Of a DNA stretch of 64,000 nucleotides, positions 1 to 10,175 are shown one piece after another (positions within the stretch are counted from its first letter, which is position 1; the number at the start of each line of letters is the position of its first letter). The stretch lies in assembly GCA_964383505.1 (NCBI GenBank), contig CAYLHB010000001.1, positions 1,232 through 65,231 of the forward strand. The letters run 5' to 3'. Below the pieces are notes generated by a model. That model saw only the letters and a program-made list of their open reading frames with translations. It ran no database searches and was not told the origin of the DNA. Both the position numbers and the translations under genes were made by a program. The stretch is from an uncultured Candidatus Saccharibacteria bacterium. GTDB taxonomy: Bacteria > Patescibacteriota > Minisyncoccia > Phycocordibacterales > UBA12088.

Positions 1-1013
1 GCCACTGTGTCCCCGCCACCCACCACCGAGTGCGCATCGGAATCGGCGAGCAGTTGTGCGACACTCTCGGTCTGCGTCGCAAACCCCTTTTCGTAGCTCC
101 CCAGGGGGCCGTTCCAGAGCACAAACTTCGCCCGTCGCATACGCATCCCAAGCTCGGTTATGGTTTCCGGGCCGCAGTCCACAATTGTATCCTCTGCGGA
201 AACTTCATTTGGCTTCTTCACAAACACCCCCTGTGGCCCCGTGACCGTGACATCGACGGGAAGCACCACCTTACCGCTCGCCAAAAACGGCGCGACCGCC
301 TCCGGACGCTCGGAGAGCATGGAGTGGCCCACCTCGTGCCCCTGCACCTTGAAAAAATCGTTTGCGAGTGCACCACCCACGAACACCTCGTCGTAGCGGT
401 TGAGTGCGGCGCCGAGGAGCGGTTCTTTCGTTTCAAACTTCGCGCCCCCGAGAATGAGGAGTGAGGGCGATTCGGGTGAGAGTGCACGCGTGAGCTCCGT
501 GATCTCCCGCTCCAAGAGAAGTCCCGCGACGCTCGGCAGTCGCGCAGGTACCCCCACGACCGACGCAGCGGGCCTGTGGGTCACTCCGAACGCGTCGTTC
601 ACAAAGTAGTCTGCGAGCCCTGCGAGCTTGTCGGCAAATGCGCCATCGTTATCTTTTTCTCCCGCATCACGTCGAAGATTTTCGAGTAAGAGCACCCCTC
701 CGGAGGGGAGTTGCTCCACCGCGGCGCGCGCTGTGTCCCCCACAAGGTCATCACAAAACTGTGCGCTCGGTATGAGTTCTTTAAGCACCGCAAAGACCGG
801 CGCGAGCGACTCGCTCGGGTCACGTCCCAAGTGAGCGATGAGAACTACGCGTGCACCGCGCTCCATGAGGTGGGTAATGGTGGGAACCGCCGACTCAATG
901 CGAAACTTATCACCCGCCACCCCGTCTTTAACGGGCACATTAAACTCAACACGCACCAGCACGCGCTTCCCCTTGAGGTCGGGGAGGTCGCGCAACGTTC
1001 TAAATTCGGCCAT
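1..1013 (-). CDS. pgk: Phosphoglycerate kinase (3' part runs off the window start)
   Basis: Manual translation from ATG at 1013 gives MAEFRTLRDLPDLKGKRVLVRVEFNVP..., with HLGR later; lies directly downstream of tpiA. Confidence 0.95.
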   Translation of the reverse strand, partial: MAEFRTLRDLPDLKGKRVLVRVEFNVPVKDGVAGDKFRIESAVPTITHLMERGARVVLIAHLGRDPSESLAPVFAVLKELIPSAQFCDDLVGDTARAAVEQLPSGGVLLLENLRRDAGEKDNDGAFADKLAGLADYFVNDAFGVTHRPAASVVGVPARLPSVAGLLLEREITELTRALSPESPSLLILGGAKFETKEPLLGAALNRYDEVFVGGALANDFFKVQGHEVGHSMLSERPEAVAPFLASGKVVLPVDVTVTGPQGVFVKKPNEVSAEDTIVDCGPETITELGMRMRRAKFVLWNGPLGSYEKGFATQTESVAQLLADSDAHSVVGGGDTV

Positions 1014-1022
1014 ACAAGATTG

Positions 1023-1784
1023 TTAGAGTGTTTCCACTGCGTTGATAATCTCACTGAATGCCTCGGGGTCGAGTGACGCGCTCCCCACGAGGAGGCCTTC
1101 CGCGCCTCCGTCTCGTAAAAAACCTGCCACATTTTCCGGCTTGACCGCTCCGCCGTAGAGCACCCTCGTCTTTGCGGCCGCTTTCCTACTGTACCTTTCG
1201 GTGAGTATCTTTTTTATGTAGAGCACCATCTCAAGGAGTGCATCAGGGGTAATCGCTTCATGAGCCGACTTGCCTATCGCCCAGACGGGCTCGTACGCGA
1301 TCATACAACGTGAGAGGTCGCGTTCGTTGAGTGAACCGAGTGCAGAGGTAAGTTGCTCACGCACCTCGTGCATGTACACACCGTCACTGCGCCGCTCACG
1401 CTCACCGATGCACACTACCGTACGCATACCGGAGCGCACCGCGCGCTCAACCTTGCGCGCCACCACCTCGTTTGTTTCCCCGAGCGCACGACGCTCGCTG
1501 TGACCCACGAGGACATGGGTCACGCCAAAGGGTTTGAGCATGCCTACGGTCACCTCGCCGGTGTACGGGCCTTTCTGTTCGTGCGAAACAGTTTGCACAC
1601 CCCATGAAAACTCCGCGCGTTTGCACCATTTGGTGAGCTCGGGCAAGAGCACTACCGGGGGAGCTACCACCACATCCACATGGGCGGCACGACGTACACT
1701 CGCGCGCACACCCTGAACTATGTTCTTTGCCTCTTCAAGAGTAAGAGGGTTTGCTTTCCAATTGGCGACCACGACACGCTTCAT
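1023..1784 (-). CDS. tpiA: Triosephosphate isomerase
   Basis: ANWK, GHSERR, AYEPVWAIG, LYGGAV and GLLVGSASL motifs. Confidence 0.97.
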   Translation of the reverse strand: MKRVVVANWKANPLTLEEAKNIVQGVRASVRRAAHVDVVVAPPVVLLPELTKWCKRAEFSWGVQTVSHEQKGPYTGEVTVGMLKPFGVTHVLVGHSERRALGETNEVVARKVERAVRSGMRTVVCIGERERRSDGVYMHEVREQLTSALGSLNERDLSRCMIAYEPVWAIGKSAHEAITPDALLEMVLYIKKILTERYSRKAAAKTRVLYGGAVKPENVAGFLRDGGAEGLLVGSASLDPEAFSEIINAVETL

Positions 1785-1802
1785 GGTGTGAAGTGTACCG
1801 CG

Positions 1803-3248
1803 CTAGAAGACCTCGTGCCAGCCCAGGTAGCGGAAGTCGGGTGAGGTGAAGGGGGTAAGCGGGGGAGGACTTTTCGCAAGATTGCGGTCGTAGTAGTCGT
1901 AGCGGGTTTCAAACCCCTGTGAAAACGTTCCGCCACTGTTCCAGCGGGTTCCTGTGCGGAGTTTTGAGACCACCGTGCCGGTGGTGGTGAGCGTACCTCT
2001 CTGTCTATATGACGTGTAGTCTGTGCCACCTACATTTGATACGTTGCCATAGTTACTCCTCCCGTACGCCCCCGTTTGCGCAAAAAACACTCCACTCAAG
2101 CTCATGTTATAAGGCACGTAGAGCGGGATGAGGAGGTTGCGCTCCGCGAGCGCCGTCAACCCATCACTTCCTGTCGTGGTGGAGTAGGTAATATGGTTGA
2201 GGAGAAACATGTCAGGCGCGGGCGCATCCTTGTCATTCGCAACCACAGTAACAGGTCCCTTCACGACCCCCTCAAGCCACACTCTGTCTTTTACATAAAT
2301 AAGTCCGCACGAATCGGGAATTGTATAGGTGCCAATGAGTGACTGCTTCGTCGCAGGATTACCAAGAAGCTCGGGAAATGAGATGCTCTGGCTGGCGGGG
2401 GTCGTGCTCGTGAGCCAATTAACACTCGTCACGCGGTACACATCAACGGTGCGGTTGTTCTTGAGCACCAGGTGGTACCCAAACTTTGTTGTGTCGTCAG
2501 AATCTTTCGGGAAAAAGAGACCGCTTGAAGACGCGAGCTGTTCCATCGCATCAAAGTCGTAGTTGAAGTTTGTGAAAGGTATGTCGTTTACGGGAAATTG
2601 CCAAAGCTCCGGATGATCCCCATTGCCATACACACCCGGCGCGTTTTGCCCCGAGGTACATCCTCCCAACCTCCCAAGGTCGCACGATGAGGAGGCAACC
2701 TTGCTCGAAACGGTCGAACGGTTATCACCATCCATCCGCACGAGCGAGTTGCCGTGATAGGGACCTATGATGGTGCGATCGCTCCCAGCCCATACCGGTG
2801 AATCGATGATGTAGCTGTAGTCTGCCACGGTCGGTCGTGCAACATTTGCCACCACGGTACGCTTCACATTCGGTTCATCGAGCGTCCACCCAGTAGAAGT
2901 CGCGTGCACCACCTGCACCTTTCCGCACTGCACCTGCCCGCCGAGCTCAAGTGAGAACTTGCCGACCACCCCCACCTCAGGGTCTTCGTAATCGTGCACG
3001 TACGGCCCCGGCCCACCCGTACCATCTTGAATATCCTCCGGGTAGTGCGCCAAGTGCCACCTGTAGTACTCAATGCCCGCTTCCGCAATTTGAAGCGCCC
3101 GCTCCCCCTCGTTTTTCTGTGCGAAAAAAGAGCGCTGTGCCGCAAGATACACAGTGAGTGACGTGAGGAGCGCGGCAAATACCGCAGAAAAGACGAGAGT
3201 GAGCACAATCATGCTCCCACGTGTTTTTTTCATGTCGAAAAGGTGCAT
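1803..3248 (-). CDS. PilX-like minor pilin / pilus assembly protein
   Basis: KKTRG|SMIVLTLVF prepilin-like leader, hydrophobic helix and ALQIAEAGIEY motif; start taken at 3248 (3233 possible) because the longer ORF overlaps the upstream gene. Confidence 0.75.
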   Translation of the reverse strand: MHLFDMKKTRGSMIVLTLVFSAVFAALLTSLTVYLAAQRSFFAQKNEGERALQIAEAGIEYYRWHLAHYPEDIQDGTGGPGPYVHDYEDPEVGVVGKFSLELGGQVQCGKVQVVHATSTGWTLDEPNVKRTVVANVARPTVADYSYIIDSPVWAGSDRTIIGPYHGNSLVRMDGDNRSTVSSKVASSSCDLGRLGGCTSGQNAPGVYGNGDHPELWQFPVNDIPFTNFNYDFDAMEQLASSSGLFFPKDSDDTTKFGYHLVLKNNRTVDVYRVTSVNWLTSTTPASQSISFPELLGNPATKQSLIGTYTIPDSCGLIYVKDRVWLEGVVKGPVTVVANDKDAPAPDMFLLNHITYSTTTGSDGLTALAERNLLIPLYVPYNMSLSGVFFAQTGAYGRSNYGNVSNVGGTDYTSYRQRGTLTTTGTVVSKLRTGTRWNSGGTFSQGFETRYDYYDRNLAKSPPPLTPFTSPDFRYLGWHEVF

Positions 3249-3249
3249 G

Positions 3250-3846
3250 TTAGTACTGACTACGTAGATTCCGAATGGACGCGCCCGACCGTATGACGGA
3301 GTCGGTAATCTGGCGTCCCGCGCCACTTGTGAGGTGAAGCTCAACCGAGACGACCCGCACATCGAGAATACCACTTGACGAGGTGAGCTCGACACCGCTC
3401 GCGTCATAGTACCTGAAGAGGGGGACGCCCTGCTCAATGTTGTGCACACCGGAGGTGAGTGCACTGAAGCTCTCCGAGCTCTGCGGGTAGCTTGAGGTTG
3501 AGGTGGGCTCAATGATGCCTCGCTCGAGCGTCTCGCCGGTAAGGCGATACCTCACCCGCTCCACGGGCACATCGCCGTCGATGTCCGCATAAAAAATAAG
3601 GCTTGTGCTCGCCATCATGACGAGCGGGTAGGATCCGTCATCCCCATAGACCGCTGAACGTACCTCGCGCGTAATACCGTGCACATGCCTCGTCGCGTCG
3701 GAGAGCGCGATCGAAGAGGCGAACTGGTGCCCATGCACCCTGTAGAGGAAACTTATAGCCTCAAAGAGCATCCCCATCACAAGACTAAAGACTGCGATGA
3801 ATACCAGCATTTCCACAAGCGTCATGCCTCTGTGTTGGTGCTTCAT
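3250..3846 (-). CDS. Type IV minor pilin (prepilin N-terminal cleavage/methylation domain)
   Basis: MKHQHRG|MTLVEMLVFIAVF class III signal peptide with E at +5. Confidence 0.88.
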   Translation of the reverse strand: MKHQHRGMTLVEMLVFIAVFSLVMGMLFEAISFLYRVHGHQFASSIALSDATRHVHGITREVRSAVYGDDGSYPLVMMASTSLIFYADIDGDVPVERVRYRLTGETLERGIIEPTSTSSYPQSSESFSALTSGVHNIEQGVPLFRYYDASGVELTSSSGILDVRVVSVELHLTSGAGRQITDSVIRSGASIRNLRSQY

Positions 3847-3847
3847 A

Positions 3848-5590
3848 CTATGGGGAAAGTACGATGACGTGTGTGGTCTGTCCCGATACCGCCACGGCTT
3901 CGCTGTGTTCAGTGTGCCCCGGAGCGCGTGCAGTGAGCGTGTAGGTGTCATCTGTAAGCGAGTCGAAGTAGGCAATGCCACACGCACCACTCGCAGTGCC
4001 GACCGTAACTCCCGCGCGCGAAAGCGTCACCTCTGCTCTCGGAATAAGGCCCCCGAGCGACGAGGCAACCTCAACCGAGAGCGTGTGTGCCGAGGGTAGA
4101 ACGAGCGAGAATGAGAGATCGGTCACACTGTCGGGATTAATGGTGAGCGGCACGGCCGGACACGCCTCCGCCACAGTGAGTCCGCCTTGCGGTACCACGT
4201 CGTACTGACCCCACTCAACCGTGGATGAGGTCCACTCGCCCGACGCATCGGTTGTCTCGAGTGAATCAATTTTAAGGACTGGGACACCACCATTGGTGCC
4301 GATGCTCTTGGTGAGCTCGGTCAGGCGAAACTGCTCGTTGCCCATCGGCACACCAGGCTCTAGGTAGGAGACCCGCCACGAGTCAACCGAGGGGGTCACG
4401 AGCGGGTCGGACGAGGTAAGTGTCGCTACTACACGAAGTGACGGGTACGTTGCAGAATCAAGCACTCCAAGGTCGATGGGCGACTCGGTAAAGCCCACGT
4501 CGTTCCCGGGCAGGTCGGAAGCTGGAATAGGTGCAAACCCCGATCCTGTGTCGGCGTACACTCGGTACGACACCGAGGTGAGCGCCGGTTTTGTGTCCAC
4601 GAATGATACGAGGAGCCAGCTACCGAGGGACGCGGGCGCGAATGTTACCGACTCCGCCGTGCCCGTGGGTGGGTACGTACCCGAGCTTCCCGAAAGCGAA
4701 AGCGTACCCCCTGCCGCAACAGTGTCAACCGCGCTTACGAGCCCCATTGCATTATCAAACTCATCTTCGAAGTTTCCCCATGGGGGTATGCCTTGCGTCC
4801 GTACATTGAGCGTCGCGAAACGATCGATTTTCAAAAACAGGTCAGTGGTGCTGTTTAATGAGACAGTGAGTGGGCTTGGCGAAGGGTTGGGGTTTGCGAC
4901 GGTCGGGAGGTACGTTTGTGCTCCCGAATAACCCGCTTTGGTAACGTACACCTCGTAGCCCGCACCCGCCCACGCCCCGGGCCACGCGATGGTACCGCTC
5001 GCATTGGTGGAGGCGGTCACATCAACAGACGTCGCAACGAGTGTGTTGAGCACATGCACGCTCGCTCCCTGTACGGGGTTGTTGTTCGCATCATTGATGT
5101 TCACACGAAGAATGCCCGCTCCCGCAAGCGACTCCTGCGACTTCGGCGCCACCGTGGTCACCAGTGACATGCTCTGTGGACCGGAAGGCAGGTCGTAGGT
5201 AAGCTCGACCTTGATGCGTTTGTAGTCGGCCGCGAGGGTATCACCAGCACCCGTACCATCCGCGGGGTCGTCCACATACTGAATGAGCACACGCTTGGTG
5301 TACGAGACGCCATTGTGGGTGATGGTCTCAACCTGCGGAATGTTTCCGGGTGGAAGCCCTGCTACGGTGCCGATGGAGTCGTAGGGAAGGGCGCGTATGC
5401 GCTCAATGTGCTCATTGGCAAGTGCAACGGCCGTGGTGCGGAATCGGTTCTGTTCGGCAAGACGCACCGCCCCCTGAAATGCTGCGAATAGCCCCACAAA
5501 CACAAGCACGAATATTCCCGCACCCACGATGACATCGACGAGTGAGATTCCCGCTTGGCGACCCATGTGTGGGATGAGGGTTGATCTCAT
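3848..5590 (-). CDS. Large pilin-like protein with carboxypeptidase-regulatory-like beta-sandwich domains
   Basis: RQAG|ISLVDVIVGAGIF prepilin-like N-terminus; repeated segments such as NNPVQGASVHV and YTLTARAPGH; lies in the pilus cluster. Confidence 0.78.
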   Translation of the reverse strand: MRSTLIPHMGRQAGISLVDVIVGAGIFVLVFVGLFAAFQGAVRLAEQNRFRTTAVALANEHIERIRALPYDSIGTVAGLPPGNIPQVETITHNGVSYTKRVLIQYVDDPADGTGAGDTLAADYKRIKVELTYDLPSGPQSMSLVTTVAPKSQESLAGAGILRVNINDANNNPVQGASVHVLNTLVATSVDVTASTNASGTIAWPGAWAGAGYEVYVTKAGYSGAQTYLPTVANPNPSPSPLTVSLNSTTDLFLKIDRFATLNVRTQGIPPWGNFEDEFDNAMGLVSAVDTVAAGGTLSLSGSSGTYPPTGTAESVTFAPASLGSWLLVSFVDTKPALTSVSYRVYADTGSGFAPIPASDLPGNDVGFTESPIDLGVLDSATYPSLRVVATLTSSDPLVTPSVDSWRVSYLEPGVPMGNEQFRLTELTKSIGTNGGVPVLKIDSLETTDASGEWTSSTVEWGQYDVVPQGGLTVAEACPAVPLTINPDSVTDLSFSLVLPSAHTLSVEVASSLGGLIPRAEVTLSRAGVTVGTASGACGIAYFDSLTDDTYTLTARAPGHTEHSEAVAVSGQTTHVIVLSP

Positions 5591-5596
5591 ACACTG

Positions 5597-6811
5597 TTAC
5601 TGAATGCTGTTGGTAATCGAGTAGATTGGAGAAATCATCGATACCGCGAAAAACCCGACCGCACCTCCCACAATAACCATGAGGAACGGCTCGATGATGG
5701 TGGACATATTTTTTGTTTTTTGCTCCACTTCTTTCTCGTAGTACTGGGCGACTTCTTTCAGCATGTCGCTTATTTTTCCCGTCTCGTCCCCCACCGCCAT
5801 GAGTTCACCCACCAAGGGCGGGTAGAGCTTTTCGGCGTGCATGAAGGTTTTGGAGAGAGGGGAGCCCTTCTGCACATGGTCCTTTGCCTTCGCGATTACC
5901 TCGCGAAAGTAGCTGTTCTGCACCACCTCGCCTGTGATATCGAGCGCTTGCACGATGCTCACTCCCGAGGAGAGGAGCGAGGAGAGGGTGCGACCGGTGC
6001 GCGCGGCATTCACCTCGCGCACGATGTCGCCTATGACTGGTACATGGAGAATTGCAAACTCAAACGCGCGCCGTCCGGATTTCGATTTGAGCCCCCCATA
6101 GAATCCACCTCCAATGAGCACAAGCACAATAAGTGCGATGTAGGTGTTGTTCACCATGAAGTCGGAGAGTGCGATAATGAACTGTGTGGTGACGGGAAGC
6201 TCGACATTCATGTCTTCGAAGGTTGAGGTGAGCGTAGGCACGATGAAGATCAGCATGAGTGCACCCACAATCCCGAGCACTGTCACAATAATGCCTGGGT
6301 ATATCATCGCGCCCTTTATTCTCTTTTTGAGTTCGTACGTTTTCTCGAGCTGGTCGGCCATGGTCGAGAGGGTGTCGGTGAGCGTACCGGACTCCTCACC
6401 CGCGCGCACCATCGCAATCATGATTGCCGGAAAAACCTTGCCGTAGGTCTCCATACCCTTCGAGAGGTTATCCCCTTTCTCAATGGATGCCTGGAGTCCT
6501 TTGAGCACCTCCTTGAGCTTTGCACTTCGTGCCTGCCGCTCCATTACGGCAAGTGCTCGACTCATAGAGAGCCCTGCCGCAAGCATCGCGCCGAGGTTGC
6601 GTGCAAAAATGATTTTATCGTGCTCCTTTACGCGCGAGAGAAAGGTGAACTGTATGTTGAACGAGAGTCCCTTTTTCTTCTCCTGCACAGAAACGATGGT
6701 ATTCCCCTCCTTGCGTACGAGCCCGTACACCTCAAATCGATTCGTCGCTTCAATCTCCCCCTCGTAGGGAGTTCCGTCTTCGCGCTTCGCTTTATAAATG
6801 AAAATTGGCAT
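5597..6811 (-). CDS. pilC: Type IV pilus inner-membrane platform protein (T2SS F family)
   Basis: Two T2SSF repeats (AGEESGTL, VGDETGKI), YP and EP motifs, 404 aa. Confidence 0.95.
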   Translation of the reverse strand: MPIFIYKAKREDGTPYEGEIEATNRFEVYGLVRKEGNTIVSVQEKKKGLSFNIQFTFLSRVKEHDKIIFARNLGAMLAAGLSMSRALAVMERQARSAKLKEVLKGLQASIEKGDNLSKGMETYGKVFPAIMIAMVRAGEESGTLTDTLSTMADQLEKTYELKKRIKGAMIYPGIIVTVLGIVGALMLIFIVPTLTSTFEDMNVELPVTTQFIIALSDFMVNNTYIALIVLVLIGGGFYGGLKSKSGRRAFEFAILHVPVIGDIVREVNAARTGRTLSSLLSSGVSIVQALDITGEVVQNSYFREVIAKAKDHVQKGSPLSKTFMHAEKLYPPLVGELMAVGDETGKISDMLKEVAQYYEKEVEQKTKNMSTIIEPFLMVIVGGAVGFFAVSMISPIYSITNSIQ

Positions 6812-6820
6812 GGCACCACG

Positions 6821-8575
6821 CTACTCGCTCACCACACGAAGTACTTCCGAGATGGTAGTGGATCCTTGCGCCGCCTTGAACAAGCCGTCTTCGGGCATGG
6901 TGAGCATACCCTCGGCGCGCGCCACCCTCTCAATTTCGTTGGTACTCGCACGCTTGAGGATAAGCTCTTGAATCGTGGTCGAAACCGCGAGCACCTCGTG
7001 AATGACAAGCCGGCCCTTGTATCCGTCGGCGGATTCCTCCGATGCGACGGGTTTGTAGAAGGGGACTTCTTCGAGTTTCGCATGTTTCTCAATAACCCCC
7101 TCCTCGCGGAGCGCGCGGAGGACCGCATCAAAGTCAATGAACTTCCCGAGCGAGACCGCCTCTTCTTTGGTGAGCGTGTACTGTTCGCGTTTCCCCGCGA
7201 GCCGTCGCACGAGCCTTTGGGCGATAATCACCTTGAGCGTGGAGGTGAGGAGGAATGGCTCGATGCCCATATCGAGGAGGCGCGGCACGGTGCCCGCCGC
7301 CGAGTTGGTGTGGAGGGTCGAGAGGACTAGGTGGCCGGTGAGCGAGGCGTTCACCGCGAGCGACGCAGTCTCCCCGTCACGAATCTCGCCGACCATGATA
7401 ACGTCCGGGTCTTGACGCACGAGCGCACGCAAGCCCCGCGCAAACGTGAAGCCGATTTCCGGACGCACCTGCGTTTGATTGATGCGTGGCATCTGGTACT
7501 CAATGGGGTCTTCGATGGTCGAAATGTTGACCTCTGGAGTGTTCACAATGTCGAGCACCGTGTAGAGCGTGGTGGTCTTCCCGCTTCCCGTGGGCCCCGT
7601 GGTGAGTATCATACCGGTCGTACTTTTCGTCGCTTTATGCACGCGCTCCAAGCCCTCGCCGTGAAAACCGAGTCCCTCGAGCGAGTAGCCGCCCGCATTC
7701 TCGCGCAAGAGACGCATGACGGTCTTCTCGCCCCAGTACGTGGGGAGGAGCGACACACGGAACGAAACCTTTTCGGTATCAACTACCATTTTAAAACGAC
7801 CATCTTGGGGCATACGTTTCTCGTCGAGTTTGAGGTTTGACAGCACCTTGATGCGCGCGGTGATGGGGTCGGATGCATTTTTCGGGAGTGTCATTGCATC
7901 GTGGAGAATACCGTCAATGCGGTAGCGTACGATGAGCTCGTTTTCCAAAGGTTCGATGTGGATGTCCGACGCGTTCTGAATAATCGCGTGCTTAAGCAGG
8001 GCATTGACCACCCGCACTACAGGTAGATCTTCCGCTATCTTTTTGAGGTCGGCCTCGGACACCTCACCCCCCTCCGCATTTTCTGGCAAAATGTCGATGG
8101 ACGCGCTCTCGCGCTTAATGAGGTCCCCAAATTCGTCTTTGAGTGTCTTTTGGTACTGAATGAGGGCATGCTTGATGCTGTCCGTATCGGTGAGACGCAC
8201 AAGTATTTTGAGCCCCACCTTCTTTTTTATGAAATCAATAGATCGCAGATCGGCGGTGTCAAGCATCGCGACCTCAAGCTCTTTGGGGTGCTTTTTAAAC
8301 GCGATGATGTTGTGAGTGCGCGCAATCGGCTCTGGGATGAGAGAGAGCACCTCGAAAGGAATCTTCTCGTTCTTGAGGCTTATAAACGGCACGCCGAGCA
8401 CGTACGCCTGCATGCGGCGCAGATCATCTTCCGAAAGGTACCCCTTGGAAACAAGAACGGTCTCAGGCGGCACATCCTTTTGCTCCGCCTCTTTCTCCGC
8501 GCCCGCATACACGCTCCGCGACACGAGACCAGAATCGAGAATGAAATTTTTGAGTTGCTCTGCGGTTGTTTGCAT
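6821..8575 (-). CDS. pilB: Type IV pilus assembly ATPase (GspE/PilB family)
   Basis: ASDIHIEP, Walker A GPTGSGKTTT, TIEDPIEY, RQDPDVIMVGEIRD, TGHLVLSTLHTN. Confidence 0.95.
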   Translation of the reverse strand: MQTTAEQLKNFILDSGLVSRSVYAGAEKEAEQKDVPPETVLVSKGYLSEDDLRRMQAYVLGVPFISLKNEKIPFEVLSLIPEPIARTHNIIAFKKHPKELEVAMLDTADLRSIDFIKKKVGLKILVRLTDTDSIKHALIQYQKTLKDEFGDLIKRESASIDILPENAEGGEVSEADLKKIAEDLPVVRVVNALLKHAIIQNASDIHIEPLENELIVRYRIDGILHDAMTLPKNASDPITARIKVLSNLKLDEKRMPQDGRFKMVVDTEKVSFRVSLLPTYWGEKTVMRLLRENAGGYSLEGLGFHGEGLERVHKATKSTTGMILTTGPTGSGKTTTLYTVLDIVNTPEVNISTIEDPIEYQMPRINQTQVRPEIGFTFARGLRALVRQDPDVIMVGEIRDGETASLAVNASLTGHLVLSTLHTNSAAGTVPRLLDMGIEPFLLTSTLKVIIAQRLVRRLAGKREQYTLTKEEAVSLGKFIDFDAVLRALREEGVIEKHAKLEEVPFYKPVASEESADGYKGRLVIHEVLAVSTTIQELILKRASTNEIERVARAEGMLTMPEDGLFKAAQGSTTISEVLRVVSE

Positions 8576-8676
8576 AGCACAACACGGCGCCCGCGCCTTC
8601 CATTGTCCCTATTGTACCAGCATACACCTCGCATGTGTGATGAGTTGTCAACAAACATATGCGGCGGGCAAAGTAG

Positions 8677-8704
8677 TTGACAACCCCCTCCGCCATGCTA
8701 CAAT
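8677..8704 (+). promoter_or_regulatory. Sigma70-type promoter for nusA
   Basis: TTGACA, 16-nt spacer, TACAAT with an extended -10 TG. Confidence 0.7.
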
Positions 8705-8790
8705 CACCATATCAGCAACGTCCCCCGAGCGGGGGCATTTTTATTGGCATTATTCAGTAGTAGCTACCTAATACGGTATACAAACCACAT

Positions 8791-10149
8791 ATGTTATTCG
8801 ATTTGAAAGTCATAAACTCCGTCCTTAGCGAGCTCGAGGAGGAACGCGGGATACCGCGAGAGCGGGTGCTTGAAGCTATTGAGAGCGCGCTCGCGACCGC
8901 CTACAAGCGCGAGTACGGCAAGCGCGGTCAGGTGGTGCGCGCAAAGTTTGATATCAATTCCGGCGCCACCGAGTTTTTTCAGGTGAAGTTTGTCGTCGAT
9001 GAGACACGGGTGCGCATGCCGGAAGAGGAGGAAGAGGGTGGGGAGGGGCATACGAGCTCACACGCAGCATCCACGGAAGACGGCGAGGTGGACGACCGCG
9101 CACGCTTCGACCCGGAGAAGCACATTCTCATTGAGGACGCACGCCGTATCAAAAAGGGTGTCGAGGTCGACGAGGAGCTCGTGTTCCCACTCGAGCCCAA
9201 GGAAGATTTCGGGCGCATCGCGGCACAAACCGCGAAGCAGGTCATCATTCAAAAAATACGCGAGGCAGAGAAGGTCTCCATCCTCGGAGAGTTCGAAGGT
9301 CGCGAGGGCGAGATCGTCTCGGGCACCGTGGAGCGCGTCGAGCGTGGCAACATCTGGATTAACCTCGGCCGTACCCAAGCGCTCTTACCCTTCGACGAGC
9401 AGATACCCGGCGAACGGTTCCGCCAAGGGGAGCGCGTGCGCGCGTACCTCTACGACGTGGAAGAGGGCCCGCGCGGTGTGGTCATTCGCATTTCTCGCAG
9501 TCACCCGAAATTCTTGGAGAAGCTCTTTGCCCAAGAGGCGCCCGAGCTCGCGAGTGGCGCCATTGTCATCAAGTCAATCGCGCGCGAGCCGGGGAGCCGC
9601 TCAAAAATCGCGGTACACGCCAATGACCCGCATATTGACCCTGTGGGCGCCCTCGTGGGCCAGCGGGGTGTGCGCGTCTCGACCGTGATGAGCGAGCTCG
9701 GGGGCGAAAAAATTGATATTATTGAGTGGGATGCGGAGCCCGCACACTTCATTGAGGACGCGCTCTCGCCCGCGAAGGTGGTGGACGTGGTGATTGACGA
9801 AGAGGCGCATAAAGCGATTGTGGAGGTCTCTGAAGACCAACAGTCGCTCGCGATAGGCCGTGGCGGACAAAACGTGCGCCTCGCGGCGAAGCTCACCGGC
9901 TGGCGTATCGATATTCACTCCATTCAAGGCGAAAGCATGGCGGGAGCGGACGAGGAGGGAGAGGAAGTGCTTGTCAAGGCCACCGAAACCGTCGAAGATG
10001 CGGGCACGGGCGACACTGCAGACGAAGGTGCTCCCGAGACGGACGAAGCCGGAGAAACAAAGAATTCCGTAACCGAGGAGTCTGAGTCCAAGGAATCACC
10101 CACCGAGAGCGAGAGTATGGGGCCCACTGACGACGATGAGAAAGCGTAA
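8791..10149 (+). CDS. nusA: Transcription termination/antitermination factor NusA
   Basis: FGRIAAQTAKQVIIQK, S1 domain, KH motifs AREPGSRSKIAV and LAIGRGGQNVRLAAKLTGW; acidic tail. Confidence 0.97.
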   Translation: MLFDLKVINSVLSELEEERGIPRERVLEAIESALATAYKREYGKRGQVVRAKFDINSGATEFFQVKFVVDETRVRMPEEEEEGGEGHTSSHAASTEDGEVDDRARFDPEKHILIEDARRIKKGVEVDEELVFPLEPKEDFGRIAAQTAKQVIIQKIREAEKVSILGEFEGREGEIVSGTVERVERGNIWINLGRTQALLPFDEQIPGERFRQGERVRAYLYDVEEGPRGVVIRISRSHPKFLEKLFAQEAPELASGAIVIKSIAREPGSRSKIAVHANDPHIDPVGALVGQRGVRVSTVMSELGGEKIDIIEWDAEPAHFIEDALSPAKVVDVVIDEEAHKAIVEVSEDQQSLAIGRGGQNVRLAAKLTGWRIDIHSIQGESMAGADEEGEEVLVKATETVEDAGTGDTADEGAPETDEAGETKNSVTEESESKESPTESESMGPTDDDEKA

Positions 10150-10175
10150 TCTTTACCACTTCTAACACTCGCACT

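Noticed and set aside
30-1076. Plus-strand ORFs over the first kilobase, and similar antisense ORFs throughout (e.g. 23818-24468, 30676-31866, 33184-34092, 38945-39862)
   Set aside because: Shadow frames of well-supported genes on the opposite strand in GC-rich DNA; no recognisable motifs
3249-3512. Long N-terminal extension of the PilX-like ORF in the ORF track
   Set aside because: Overlaps the upstream pilin gene; the prepilin-like leader begins at 3248/3233
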